Origin: Gemmata obscuriglobus | GTDB lineage: Bacteria; Planctomycetota; Planctomycetia; Gemmatales; Gemmataceae | Length of the DNA stretch: 32,000 nucleotides | Direction of reading: 5' to 3' | Assembly: GCF_008065095.1 (NCBI RefSeq) | Contig: NZ_CP042911.1 | Location: 5,760,001-5,792,000, forward strand | Shown here: positions 1 to 7,565 of the stretch, piece after piece | Layout: each line of letters starts with the position of its first letter | How positions within the stretch are numbered: the first letter of the stretch is position 1 | Made by a program: the position numbers and the translations under genes | Notes under the pieces: generated by a model | What the model was told of the DNA's origin: nothing | Database searches by the model: none | The model's input: the letters and a program-made list of their open reading frames with translations, nothing else

Positions 1-194
1 TCAAGCGCCGCAGTGCGAACGACGAGAAACAGCCCGACGAACGCGGCCATCACCACCAGCCCCGCGCGGAACGGGGACACGTTCTTGGTGGGCGGCGGGA
101 GTTCGGCGGTCGGCTCTTTGTGTTCCGCGCGTGGCGTGGGCGCCGCCCCGTCGGGGTCGCCCGGGTTCGTAGCGGGTGTCGGCGTGTCGGTCAT
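1..194 (-). CDS. Partial CDS (first 64 codons; continues off the left edge): hypothetical membrane-anchored protein
   Basis: ATG at 192-194 (minus) opens a frame with no stop to position 1: MTDTPTPATNPGDPDGAAPTPRAEHKEPTAELPPPTKNVSPFRAGLVVMAAFVGLFLVVRTAAL. It has strong G/C third-position bias like neighbouring genes and ends in a hydrophobic helix. It is not in the supplied ORF track and I recognise no family. Confidence 0.35.
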   Translation of the reverse strand, partial: MTDTPTPATNPGDPDGAAPTPRAEHKEPTAELPPPTKNVSPFRAGLVVMAAFVGLFLVVRTAAL

Positions 195-258
195 TAGGAG
201 CGCCGTTGGAAACTGCCGAAAGGGTGACCCGCTCCCGGTCCGCCGAAGACACCAAACG

Positions 259-2061
259 TCAGTCGTCCGATTCTAATACCGCGAGGAACGCCTCTTGCGG
301 CACCTCGACCTGCCCGATCTGCTTCATCCGCTTTTTGCCCTCGGCCTGCTTGGCCCACAACTTGCGCTTGCGGGTGATGTCCCCGCCGTAGCACTTCGCG
401 GTCACGTTCTTGCGCATCGCCGCGATGTTCTCGCGGGCCACCACGCGCGCCCCGATGGCCGCCTGCAGCGCGACCTCGAACAGGTGCCGGTCGATCTCCT
501 CGCGGAGCTTTTTCAGCACCTGCCGGCCCCGCCGCTCGGCAGACGTCCGGTGGACGATCACCGACAGCGCGTCCACCTTCTGCCCGTGGACGAGGATGTC
601 GAGCTTCACGAGGTCCGCCGGGCGGAACCCGAGCACCTCGTAGTCCATCGTGCCGTACCCGTGCGTCACCGACTTGAGCTTGTCGTACAGGTCGTAAATG
701 ACTTCCGCGAGCGGCATCTCGTACACGAGGATGACGCGCTGCTGGCTCAGGTACTCGGTGCGGACGAAGGTGCCGCGGCGCTCCGTACACATGCCCATCA
801 GGTCGCCGATGTTCCCGGCCGGGATCAGGAAGCTGATGCGCACGATGGGCTCGCGGAACTCCTCGATCAGCCCCGCGTCGGGCACCTCCTGCGGCCCGTG
901 GACGGTGATCACCTCGCCGTCCCGCTTCTTGATCTCGAACGTCACGTTCGGGGCGGTCTGCACGAGGTTCAGCTCGCTGTCGCGCTCCAGCCGCTGCTGG
1001 ATGATCTCGCGGTGCAGCATCCCGAGGAACCCGCACCGGAAGCCGAACCCGAGCCCGTCCGACACCTCCGGCTGGAACGTGAAGGAGCTGTCGTTGAGCT
1101 TCAGCTTGCCGAGCGCCTCACGCAGGTCCTCGAACTCGTTGTTGTTGACCGGGAACAGGCCCGAGTACACCATCGGCTTCGGCTCTTTGTACCCCGCCAT
1201 CGGTTCCGCCGTGGGGGCGACCGCGTCCGTCACGGTGTCGCCGATGTTGACGTATTCGATGTTCTTGATGTTGGCGGTGAAGAACCCGACCTGCCCGGCG
1301 GACAGCTCGTCGACCTTGGTCGGCTCTGGACGGAACTGCCCCATCTCTGTGATGACGTACTCGCGCCCGGTGCGCATGAGCTTGATGCGCTGGCCCGGCT
1401 TCAGCACGCCGTCCATCATGCGGATGTAAACGACCACCCCTTTGTACGTGTCGAAGTGGCTGTTGTAGATGAGCGCTTTGAGCGGCGCGGCGGGGGAACC
1501 CGCGGGCGGGGGGACGCGGTCGATCACCGCCGCGAGCAGGTCCTCGACGCCGACGCCGGTTTTGCCGCTGACGCGCATGACCTCGTCGGGGTCGACCATC
1601 AGCGCCTGCTCCATCTCGCCGATGACGAAGTCCGGGCGCGCGTGCGGGAGGTCGATCTTGTTCAGCGTCGGAATGATTTTCAGGTTCGCGTCGATCGCGA
1701 GGAACGCGTTCGCGACGGTCTGCGCCTGCACACCTTGGAACGCATCGGCGAGCAGGATCGCCCCCTCGCACGCGGCGAGCGAGCGCGACACCTCGTAGTT
1801 GAAGTCGACGTGCCCCGGCGTGTCGATCAGGTTCAGCTCGTACTTCGTGCCGTTCAGCTCGTAGTAGACCGTGACCGGGTGCATGCGGATGGTGATCCCG
1901 CGCTCCCGCTCCAGGTCCATACTGTCGAGGGTCTGGGCCTTGATGTCGCGCTCAGACACCGCCCCGGTTTTAAGCAGGAACTGGTCGGCCAGCGTGCTCT
2001 TGCCGTGGTCGATGTGTGCGATGATGCAGAAGTTGCGGATGATCGCGGTCGGCGTCGGCAT
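259..2061 (-). CDS. lepA: Translation elongation factor 4 (LepA), 600 aa
   Basis: The internal ATG (2059-2061, minus) of track ORF 259..2523 gives MPTPTAIIRNFCIIAHIDHGKSTLADQF (P-loop AHIDHGKST), DTPGHVDF (G3) and LNKIDLP (G4 NKxD). Length and end-to-end sequence are typical of LepA. The 154 upstream codons of the track ORF are non-protein-like and run into the divergent neighbour. Confidence 0.95.
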   Translation of the reverse strand: MPTPTAIIRNFCIIAHIDHGKSTLADQFLLKTGAVSERDIKAQTLDSMDLERERGITIRMHPVTVYYELNGTKYELNLIDTPGHVDFNYEVSRSLAACEGAILLADAFQGVQAQTVANAFLAIDANLKIIPTLNKIDLPHARPDFVIGEMEQALMVDPDEVMRVSGKTGVGVEDLLAAVIDRVPPPAGSPAAPLKALIYNSHFDTYKGVVVYIRMMDGVLKPGQRIKLMRTGREYVITEMGQFRPEPTKVDELSAGQVGFFTANIKNIEYVNIGDTVTDAVAPTAEPMAGYKEPKPMVYSGLFPVNNNEFEDLREALGKLKLNDSSFTFQPEVSDGLGFGFRCGFLGMLHREIIQQRLERDSELNLVQTAPNVTFEIKKRDGEVITVHGPQEVPDAGLIEEFREPIVRISFLIPAGNIGDLMGMCTERRGTFVRTEYLSQQRVILVYEMPLAEVIYDLYDKLKSVTHGYGTMDYEVLGFRPADLVKLDILVHGQKVDALSVIVHRTSAERRGRQVLKKLREEIDRHLFEVALQAAIGARVVARENIAAMRKNVTAKCYGGDITRKRKLWAKQAEGKKRMKQIGQVEVPQEAFLAVLESDD

Positions 2062-2242
2062 TATTCTGCAGCGCTCGGGGCAAGGTGCGCGGTCCCGCCT
2101 CGGGCGGGGCCGCTCGGTGCGTACTCCCAATATCCTAGCAGCACTCGCCGGCACTGAATAGACAACTCGGACCGCCCGTCTGCGCGTCCAGCGGGTAACA
2201 TTCCAGAACGCCGTTCCGCCCGCGGCCCACGGGGACACTTTC

Positions 2243-2761
<519 letters not shown>

Positions 2762-2790
2762 CCCGAATTCCGTTTTACAAGGAGCAGAAC

Positions 2791-3321
2791 ATGTATCGAA
2801 CCTGGATCTGCGCCGGCATCCTGTCTGCAGCCGCACTCGGGGCGGGCGCGAACCGGGCCGCGGACGAACCCGGCAAGAACGTGACCGTCACCGAGGCAAA
2901 GGTTGACGCGCTCGCGAAAGCCGTGGCCGAACAGAAGAAGGTGGTGCTGGTGGACTTCTGGGCCACATGGTGCGGGCCGTGCATGAAAAAGTTCCCGCAC
3001 TTCGTCGACACCCACAAGAAGTACAAGGACAAGGGGCTCGTGTGCGTGAGCGTGAGCATGGACCCGAAGGGCAAGGAAGACAAGTACGACAAGGACGCCG
3101 TGCTCAAGTTCTTAAAGGAGAAGGGCGCGGCGTTCCCCAATTTTGTGCTGCTGGGTTACCAAGCCGACGAGGAGCAGGTGAGCAAGCGGTTCGGACTGGA
3201 CGGCGGCATCCCGTTCCAGGTGCTGTTCGGCAAGGACGGTAAGCGGGTGTGGACGAGCGAAGAGAAAGAACTCACGGACGCGGAACTCGACAAGCTCATC
3301 GAAACCGAGCTCGCGAAGTAG
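2791..3321 (+). CDS. TlpA/ResA-like secreted thioredoxin-fold protein, tandem paralog (176 aa)
   Basis: ATG at 2791 is preceded by aaggag (2779-2784) and is preferred over the track GTG at 2758, which overlaps the upstream stop. It has a Sec signal (MYRTWICAGILSAAALGAGANRA) and the same VLVDFWATWCGPC motif. It is colinear with the upstream paralog through to the C-terminal ...LIETELAK versus ...LIERELAK. Confidence 0.85.
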   Translation: MYRTWICAGILSAAALGAGANRAADEPGKNVTVTEAKVDALAKAVAEQKKVVLVDFWATWCGPCMKKFPHFVDTHKKYKDKGLVCVSVSMDPKGKEDKYDKDAVLKFLKEKGAAFPNFVLLGYQADEEQVSKRFGLDGGIPFQVLFGKDGKRVWTSEEKELTDAELDKLIETELAK

Positions 3322-3366
3322 TCGCACAGTGGACTCGAGTTAGCCGTCCGCGATCCGGAGGCTTAC

Positions 3367-3410
3367 AACGAGCCGGCCCTCGTCACCGGAGTGACGAGGG
3401 CCGGCTCGTT
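3367..3410. terminator. Bidirectional hairpin between the convergent thioredoxin gene and flp copy 1
   Basis: Perfect 20-bp stem aacgagccggccctcgtcac (3367-3386) / gtgacgagggccggctcgtt (3391-3410) with loop cgga. It lies between stop codons at 3321 (+) and 3429 (-). Confidence 0.6.
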
Positions 3411-3428
3411 TCAACTTTGGCTCAGCAC

Positions 3429-3629
3429 TTAGCTGGCGGCGGCGCCACCGGTCGGCGGCTTGATGGACGAGCCGACGAAGCTGAACGTGCTGTTCGCGTT
3501 GGAGCCCAGGGTGGTGATGGCGGCGATGCACACCACCACGATCAGGGCCAGCATCACCGCGTACTCCACGGCGGTCGGCCCGTCTTCGGCCTTCAGGAAG
3601 TTCACCAAGCTCTTGGTCAGGCTGCGCAT
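3429..3629 (-). CDS. flp: Flp-family (type IVb, Tad) pilin, copy 1 (66 aa)
   Basis: The internal ATG (3627-3629) of track ORF 3429..3836 gives MRSLTKSLVNFLKAEDGPTAVEYAVMLALIVVVCIAAITTLGSNANSTFSFVGSSIKPPTGGAAAS. It shows the Flp signature: a short basic leader, G/xTAxEY processing motif and a hydrophobic helix. Confidence 0.85.
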   Translation of the reverse strand: MRSLTKSLVNFLKAEDGPTAVEYAVMLALIVVVCIAAITTLGSNANSTFSFVGSSIKPPTGGAAAS

Positions 3630-3900
3630 CTGGTGCCCTTTCAACGGTGCCCAATTGGAGGGTGTGAGACCGGTGCGCGGGGGCGGTTGTTGCGCCCGAC
3701 GCGGTCGCCGGTTTCCGCGGCTCGGGGCGAGCTGGGACGGCTCACCTTTTACCTTGCGGGTTGACACCTGAGATTTAGGGCATGTACCGGTGAACGCTGG
3801 TCGGTTTTGCCGAATTGTGCGATCGTGCCGGGGCATTCTGCCGAAAAAGCCGGCGCCACGTTTGGCGAATGAGTGTGTTGTCGGTCCGAGCGCTTAAAAC

Positions 3901-3937
3901 GAGCCGACCCCGCCACTTTCGGTGACGGGGTCGGCTC
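3901..3937 (-). terminator. Hairpin downstream of flp copy 2
   Basis: Stem gagccgaccccg (3901-3912) pairs with cggggtcggctc (3926-3937). It is homologous in position and flanks to the 3367-3410 hairpin but carries paired (compensatory) changes in both arms. Confidence 0.5.
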
Positions 3938-3958
3938 GCTAAAGTTCCCGCAGGCCAC

Positions 3959-4159
3959 TTAGCTGGCGGCGGCGCCACCGGTCGGCGGCTTGATGGACGA
4001 GCCGACGAAGCTGAACGTGCTGTTCGCGTTGGAGCCCAGGGTGGTGATGGCGGCGATGCACACCACCACGATCAGGGCCAGCATCACCGCGTACTCCACG
4101 GCGGTCGGCCCGTCTTCGGCCTTCAGGAAGTTCACCAAGCTCTTGGTCAGGCTGCGCAT
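3959..4159 (-). CDS. flp: Flp-family pilin, copy 2 (66 aa)
   Basis: Track ORF. The protein is identical to copy 1, and by eye the 201-nt coding sequence is identical to copy 1. ggagag lies upstream of the ATG. Confidence 0.85.
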   Translation of the reverse strand: MRSLTKSLVNFLKAEDGPTAVEYAVMLALIVVVCIAAITTLGSNANSTFSFVGSSIKPPTGGAAAS

Positions 4160-4342
4160 CAGGCTCTCCTGTGGTTGGGGCGTCTCGCGCCCCGGGTCTT
4201 GTCCGAAAGGTCGCGTGTTGTGCGGGCACGTTGCCCGGACAGAAGGTTCTTAGAATCGCGTTCGGGTGATGCTGTACGGCTCTTCGTTTTTTCTACTTAT
4301 GCGGTCCGACGCCAGTCGGATTTTCGGTCACCGCTCGTGCAC

Positions 4343-4543
4343 TTAGCTGGCGGCGGCGCCACCGGTCGGCGGCTTGATGGACGAGCCGACGAAGCTGAAC
4401 GTGCTGTTCGCGTTGGAGCCCAGGGTGGTGATGGCGGCGATGCACACCACCACGATCAGGGCCAGCATCACCGCGTACTCCACGGCGGTCGGGCCGTCTT
4501 CGGCCTTCAGGAAATTCACCAGGCTCTTGGTCAAGCTGCGCAT
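4343..4543 (-). CDS. flp: Flp-family pilin, copy 3 (66 aa)
   Basis: Track ORF with a protein identical to copies 1 and 2. It has four nucleotide differences (4493, 4514, 4522, 4534), all synonymous and all within the first 17 codons. Confidence 0.85.
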   Translation of the reverse strand: MRSLTKSLVNFLKAEDGPTAVEYAVMLALIVVVCIAAITTLGSNANSTFSFVGSSIKPPTGGAAAS

Positions 4544-4801
4544 CAGACTCTCCTGCGGTTGGGGCGTCTATTCGGCTGGGTCTCGCCGCTCCATGGGCGA
4601 GAGACAGCCAACAACTAGTTCATGCGAGCAGGCGGTGCAAACGGTCGGAGCGAGTTTTCCGGCACAATCCGAGATATTCGCGCGGTGCGAAAAACTCCCC
4701 TCCCCCGCGTGGCCGGTGCGTGCCGGTTCCGGATAACAGTTTGAAACGGTTGTGTCGGTTCGTTCCGCCTCTCCACTTGTGACGACTGCGAGGTCTCTGC
4801 G

Positions 4802-6484
4802 ATGTCTGATGGTCCCACCCGTACCAGCCTGATCACCACCGGCGGCCAGGGCCGCGCGCCGAACCGCGCGATGCTCCGGGCGGTCGGGTTCACCGACGAG
4901 GACTTCGACCGGCCGGTGATCGGGGTCGCGTCGCTGTTCAGCGACATTACCCCGTGCAACGCGCACCTGAACCGGCTCGCGGAGAAGGGGCGCGAGGGGG
5001 TGCGCGCCGCCGGCGGCGTCCCCCAGACGTTCGGCGCGCCGACCGTGTCCGACGGGATCAGCATGGGGCACCGCGGGATGCGGTACTCGCTGGTGAGCCG
5101 CGAGGTGATCGCGGACGCCATCGAGACCGTGTGCGGGGCGATGAACCACGACGGGCTGGTCGCGTTCGGCGGGTGCGACAAGAACATGCCCGGCTGCGTC
5201 ATGGCGATGGCCCGGCTCAACATCCCGAGCGTGTTCGTCTACGGCGGCAGCATCATGCCGGGCGTCGGGGCGCACGGCGAGGACCTCGACATCGTCTCGA
5301 TTTTCGAGGCCGTTGGTCAGTTCCAGGCGGGCAAGATCGACCAAAAGGCGCTCCACAAGGTGGAGTGCGAGAGTTGCCCGGGTCACGGCTCGTGCGGCGG
5401 CATGTATACCGCCAACACGATGTCCAGCGCGATCGAAGCGATGGGCCTGTCGCTGCCTTACGGGGCGAGCAACCCGGCGGTGACCGCCGCGAAGGACCGC
5501 GAGTCGTTCCTGGCCGGTAAGGCGGTGTTGCGGTGCGTCGAGAAGAACATCCGCCCGCGCGACATCATCACCCGCAAGAGCCTGGAAAACGCCTACACAT
5601 TCGTGTTGGCTCTGGGCGGCAGTACGAACGCGGTGCTGCACCTGATGGCGATCGCGCGTGAGGCGGGCGTCGAGTGGACGCTCGAGGACTTCGACCGCAT
5701 CAGCGCGAAGACGCCGCACCTCGCGGACCTGAAGCCGGGCGGCAAGTACGTGATGTTTGACCTGTACCGCGTGGGCGGCACGCCCGCGGTGCTGAAGGCA
5801 TTGCTGGACAACGGCTTCCTGCACGGCGACTGCATCACCGTGACCGGCCAGACGCTCGCGGAGAACCTCAAAGACGTGCCCAGCGTGTTCGAGAAGCCGC
5901 AGAAAGTGGTAAAGCGGTTCGAGGAGCCGCTCTTCAGCCACGGGATTCACGTGGTGCTGAAGGGCAACTTGGCGCCCGAAGGAGCGGTCGCGAAGGTGGC
6001 AGGCCTGAAGCAACGCAGCATCACCGGCCCGGCCAAGGTGTTCGACGGCGAGGAGGCGTGTTTCGCCGCCATCCAGGCGCGGAAGATCGTCGCGGGCGAT
6101 GTGGTCGTGATCCGCGGTGAGGGGCCGGTCGGCGGTCCCGGGATGCGCGAGATGCTGAGCATCACCGGCGCGCTAATGGGCCAGGGGCTGGGCGAGACGG
6201 TGGGGCTCATCACCGACGGCCGGTTTAGTGGTGGTACGCACGGGCTGGTGGTCGGACACGTCGCGCCCGAGGCCTGGGTGGGTGGCCCGATCGCACTCAT
6301 CCACGACGGCGACTCGATCACCATCGACGGCGACGCCAAGACCCTCACGCTCAACATTCCTGACGCGGAACTGCAAGCGCGGAAGGATCAGTGGAAGGCG
6401 CCGGCGCTGCGGGTGACGGGCGGGGTGTTGGCGAAGTACGCGAAGCTGGCCCGCTCTGCCAGCGAAGGCGCCGGGACCGGGTGA
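4802..6484 (+). CDS. ilvD: Dihydroxy-acid dehydratase (560 aa)
   Basis: Track ORF, full-length IlvD-like: [38 protein letters not shown] (Fe-S cysteine region), [13 protein letters not shown]. Confidence 0.95.
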   Translation: MSDGPTRTSLITTGGQGRAPNRAMLRAVGFTDEDFDRPVIGVASLFSDITPCNAHLNRLAEKGREGVRAAGGVPQTFGAPTVSDGISMGHRGMRYSLVSREVIADAIETVCGAMNHDGLVAFGGCDKNMPGCVMAMARLNIPSVFVYGGSIMPGVGAHGEDLDIVSIFEAVGQFQAGKIDQKALHKVECESCPGHGSCGGMYTANTMSSAIEAMGLSLPYGASNPAVTAAKDRESFLAGKAVLRCVEKNIRPRDIITRKSLENAYTFVLALGGSTNAVLHLMAIAREAGVEWTLEDFDRISAKTPHLADLKPGGKYVMFDLYRVGGTPAVLKALLDNGFLHGDCITVTGQTLAENLKDVPSVFEKPQKVVKRFEEPLFSHGIHVVLKGNLAPEGAVAKVAGLKQRSITGPAKVFDGEEACFAAIQARKIVAGDVVVIRGEGPVGGPGMREMLSITGALMGQGLGETVGLITDGRFSGGTHGLVVGHVAPEAWVGGPIALIHDGDSITIDGDAKTLTLNIPDAELQARKDQWKAPALRVTGGVLAKYAKLARSASEGAGTG

Positions 6485-6485
6485 T

Positions 6486-6887
6486 ATGCCCTACTCACTC
6501 GCGATCAACGAGTACGACGAAGGGAACCGGTTGCGTGGCACGGTCGTCCCGAACCCGACGTGGGAGCTTTTCCTCAACGTGTTCAGGACGACTCAAAGCC
6601 GCGCTCGACGGTTCGCCGGCATTTCTGTTGTCGCGATGAACGGTTCTTCTCTCATGATCGACGGCTCCGACTGCCTCTTTTTTGTGCTTTACGAGCGGGC
6701 CGACGGTTTTCAGTTTCAGCCGCTTCCGGATCTGCACCAACCGGACGGAGGTGTGACGGTCGTGTGCGGTGGAGTGTTCACCACCTTGCCACGATCCTAC
6801 CTGCTCGACGAACAACGTTTGCTGCGGGTCGTCGAGGACTTCTGGTTTGATCGGCTGGACACTACTGTGGGTTGGGAGGCACTGTAA
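6486..6887 (+). CDS. Hypothetical protein (133 aa), low-GC3 orphan
   Basis: Its ATG lies 1 nt after the ilvD stop (tgatATG). Codon usage is visibly less G/C-biased at third positions than in the flanking core genes. I recognise no family with confidence; it only vaguely resembles small alpha/beta immunity-type proteins (the final ...VGWEAL). Confidence 0.55.
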   Translation: MPYSLAINEYDEGNRLRGTVVPNPTWELFLNVFRTTQSRARRFAGISVVAMNGSSLMIDGSDCLFFVLYERADGFQFQPLPDLHQPDGGVTVVCGGVFTTLPRSYLLDEQRLLRVVEDFWFDRLDTTVGWEAL

Positions 6888-6919
6888 CCTCGCTTTACGG
6901 AACATTGAAAGGGGCCGCG

Positions 6920-7504
6920 ATGTCTGCCCCAGTACAGTCCGGTTGGGAAAGGACGGTTCTCGCCGTGGAACAGGTCCGCGATCGGTTGCGCCGCGCCGTC
7001 GGGGCGCTCGACGGCGCAAGCGTGCCTTACGCCGTCGTCGGCGGTAACGCCGTTGCAGAATGGGTCGGCCGCGTGGATCAAGCGGCCGTTCGCAACACCC
7101 GCGACGTGGACGTGCTTCTCCGCCGCACCGATTTCGACGCCGCGAAGGCGGCACTGGAAGCCGTCGGGTTCGTGTACCGACATGCGGCCAGTATCGACAT
7201 GTTTCTCGACGGGCCGAACGCTAAGGCTCGCGACGCGATCCACATCGTCTTCGCGGCCGAGAAGGTGCGCCACGACCACATCACCCCGGCGCCGGACGTG
7301 GATGAGAGCGAACCGGGCGGCTCGTTCCGCGTTGCCGCGCTGACCGCGCTTGTGCGGATGAAGCTGAATGCCAACCGCGATAAGGACCGCACCCACATTC
7401 GCGACTTCATCGAAGTCGGGCTGATCGACGCGACCTGGGTCAGTCGGTTTCCGCCCGAACTCGGGGCCAGGCTCCAGCACCTTCTTGACACCCCCGACGG
7501 CTGA
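6920..7504 (+). CDS. Nucleotidyltransferase-fold (Pol-beta-like) protein (194 aa)
   Basis: ATG at 6920 is preceded by gaaagggg and is preferred over the track start at 6872, which overlaps the upstream gene. The motif YAVVGGNAVAEWVGRVDQAAVRNTRDVDVLL fits the hG[GS]...D-x-D minimal NTase signature. The C-terminal RMKLNANRDKDRTHIRDF resembles the uncharacterised NTase / AbiEii-like tail. Confidence 0.7.
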   Translation: MSAPVQSGWERTVLAVEQVRDRLRRAVGALDGASVPYAVVGGNAVAEWVGRVDQAAVRNTRDVDVLLRRTDFDAAKAALEAVGFVYRHAASIDMFLDGPNAKARDAIHIVFAAEKVRHDHITPAPDVDESEPGGSFRVAALTALVRMKLNANRDKDRTHIRDFIEVGLIDATWVSRFPPELGARLQHLLDTPDG

Positions 7505-7565
7505 CTCGGTCGCGACCGCGCGATACACTGGCCGGGACGTTTCACCGGCCAGGAAGGACTTCACC

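Larger units (their letters stand above)
3363..4572 (-). repeat. Three-unit tandem array of flp gene cassettes
   Basis: The units start at about 3363, 3893 and 4339. The coding parts are 201 nt and near-identical. Copies 2 and 3 also share about 29 nt of 5' leader (catcagRctctcctgYggttggggcgtct), and copies 1 and 2 share a homologous terminator. The intervening spacers are otherwise unrelated. Confidence 0.9.

Noticed and set aside
295-2157. 620-aa ORF on the plus strand antisense to lepA. Similar long antisense or alternate-frame ORFs occur at 194..1036(-), 4568..6013(-), 14740..18072(+), 12219..13097(-), 24441..25352(-), 26360..27271(-) and 30219..31715(-).
   Set aside because: Their translations are Arg/Pro/Gly/Ala-rich and low in complexity, with no motifs. 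Each overlaps a well-supported gene on the other strand or frame. Such ORFs are the expected product of stop-codon depletion in high-GC DNA.
4222-4240. gggcacgttgccc upstream of flp copy 2 as a possible sigma-54 (GG-N10-GC) promoter.
   Set aside because: The spacing between GGCAC and TTGC is too short, the motif is on the wrong strand for the minus-strand flp gene, and it is simply palindromic.
3363-4572. Regularly spaced near-identical repeats that might suggest a CRISPR array.
   Set aside because: The repeats are 201-nt protein-coding flp genes with their own start and stop codons. Unit length and spacing are wrong for CRISPR, and there are no cas genes.
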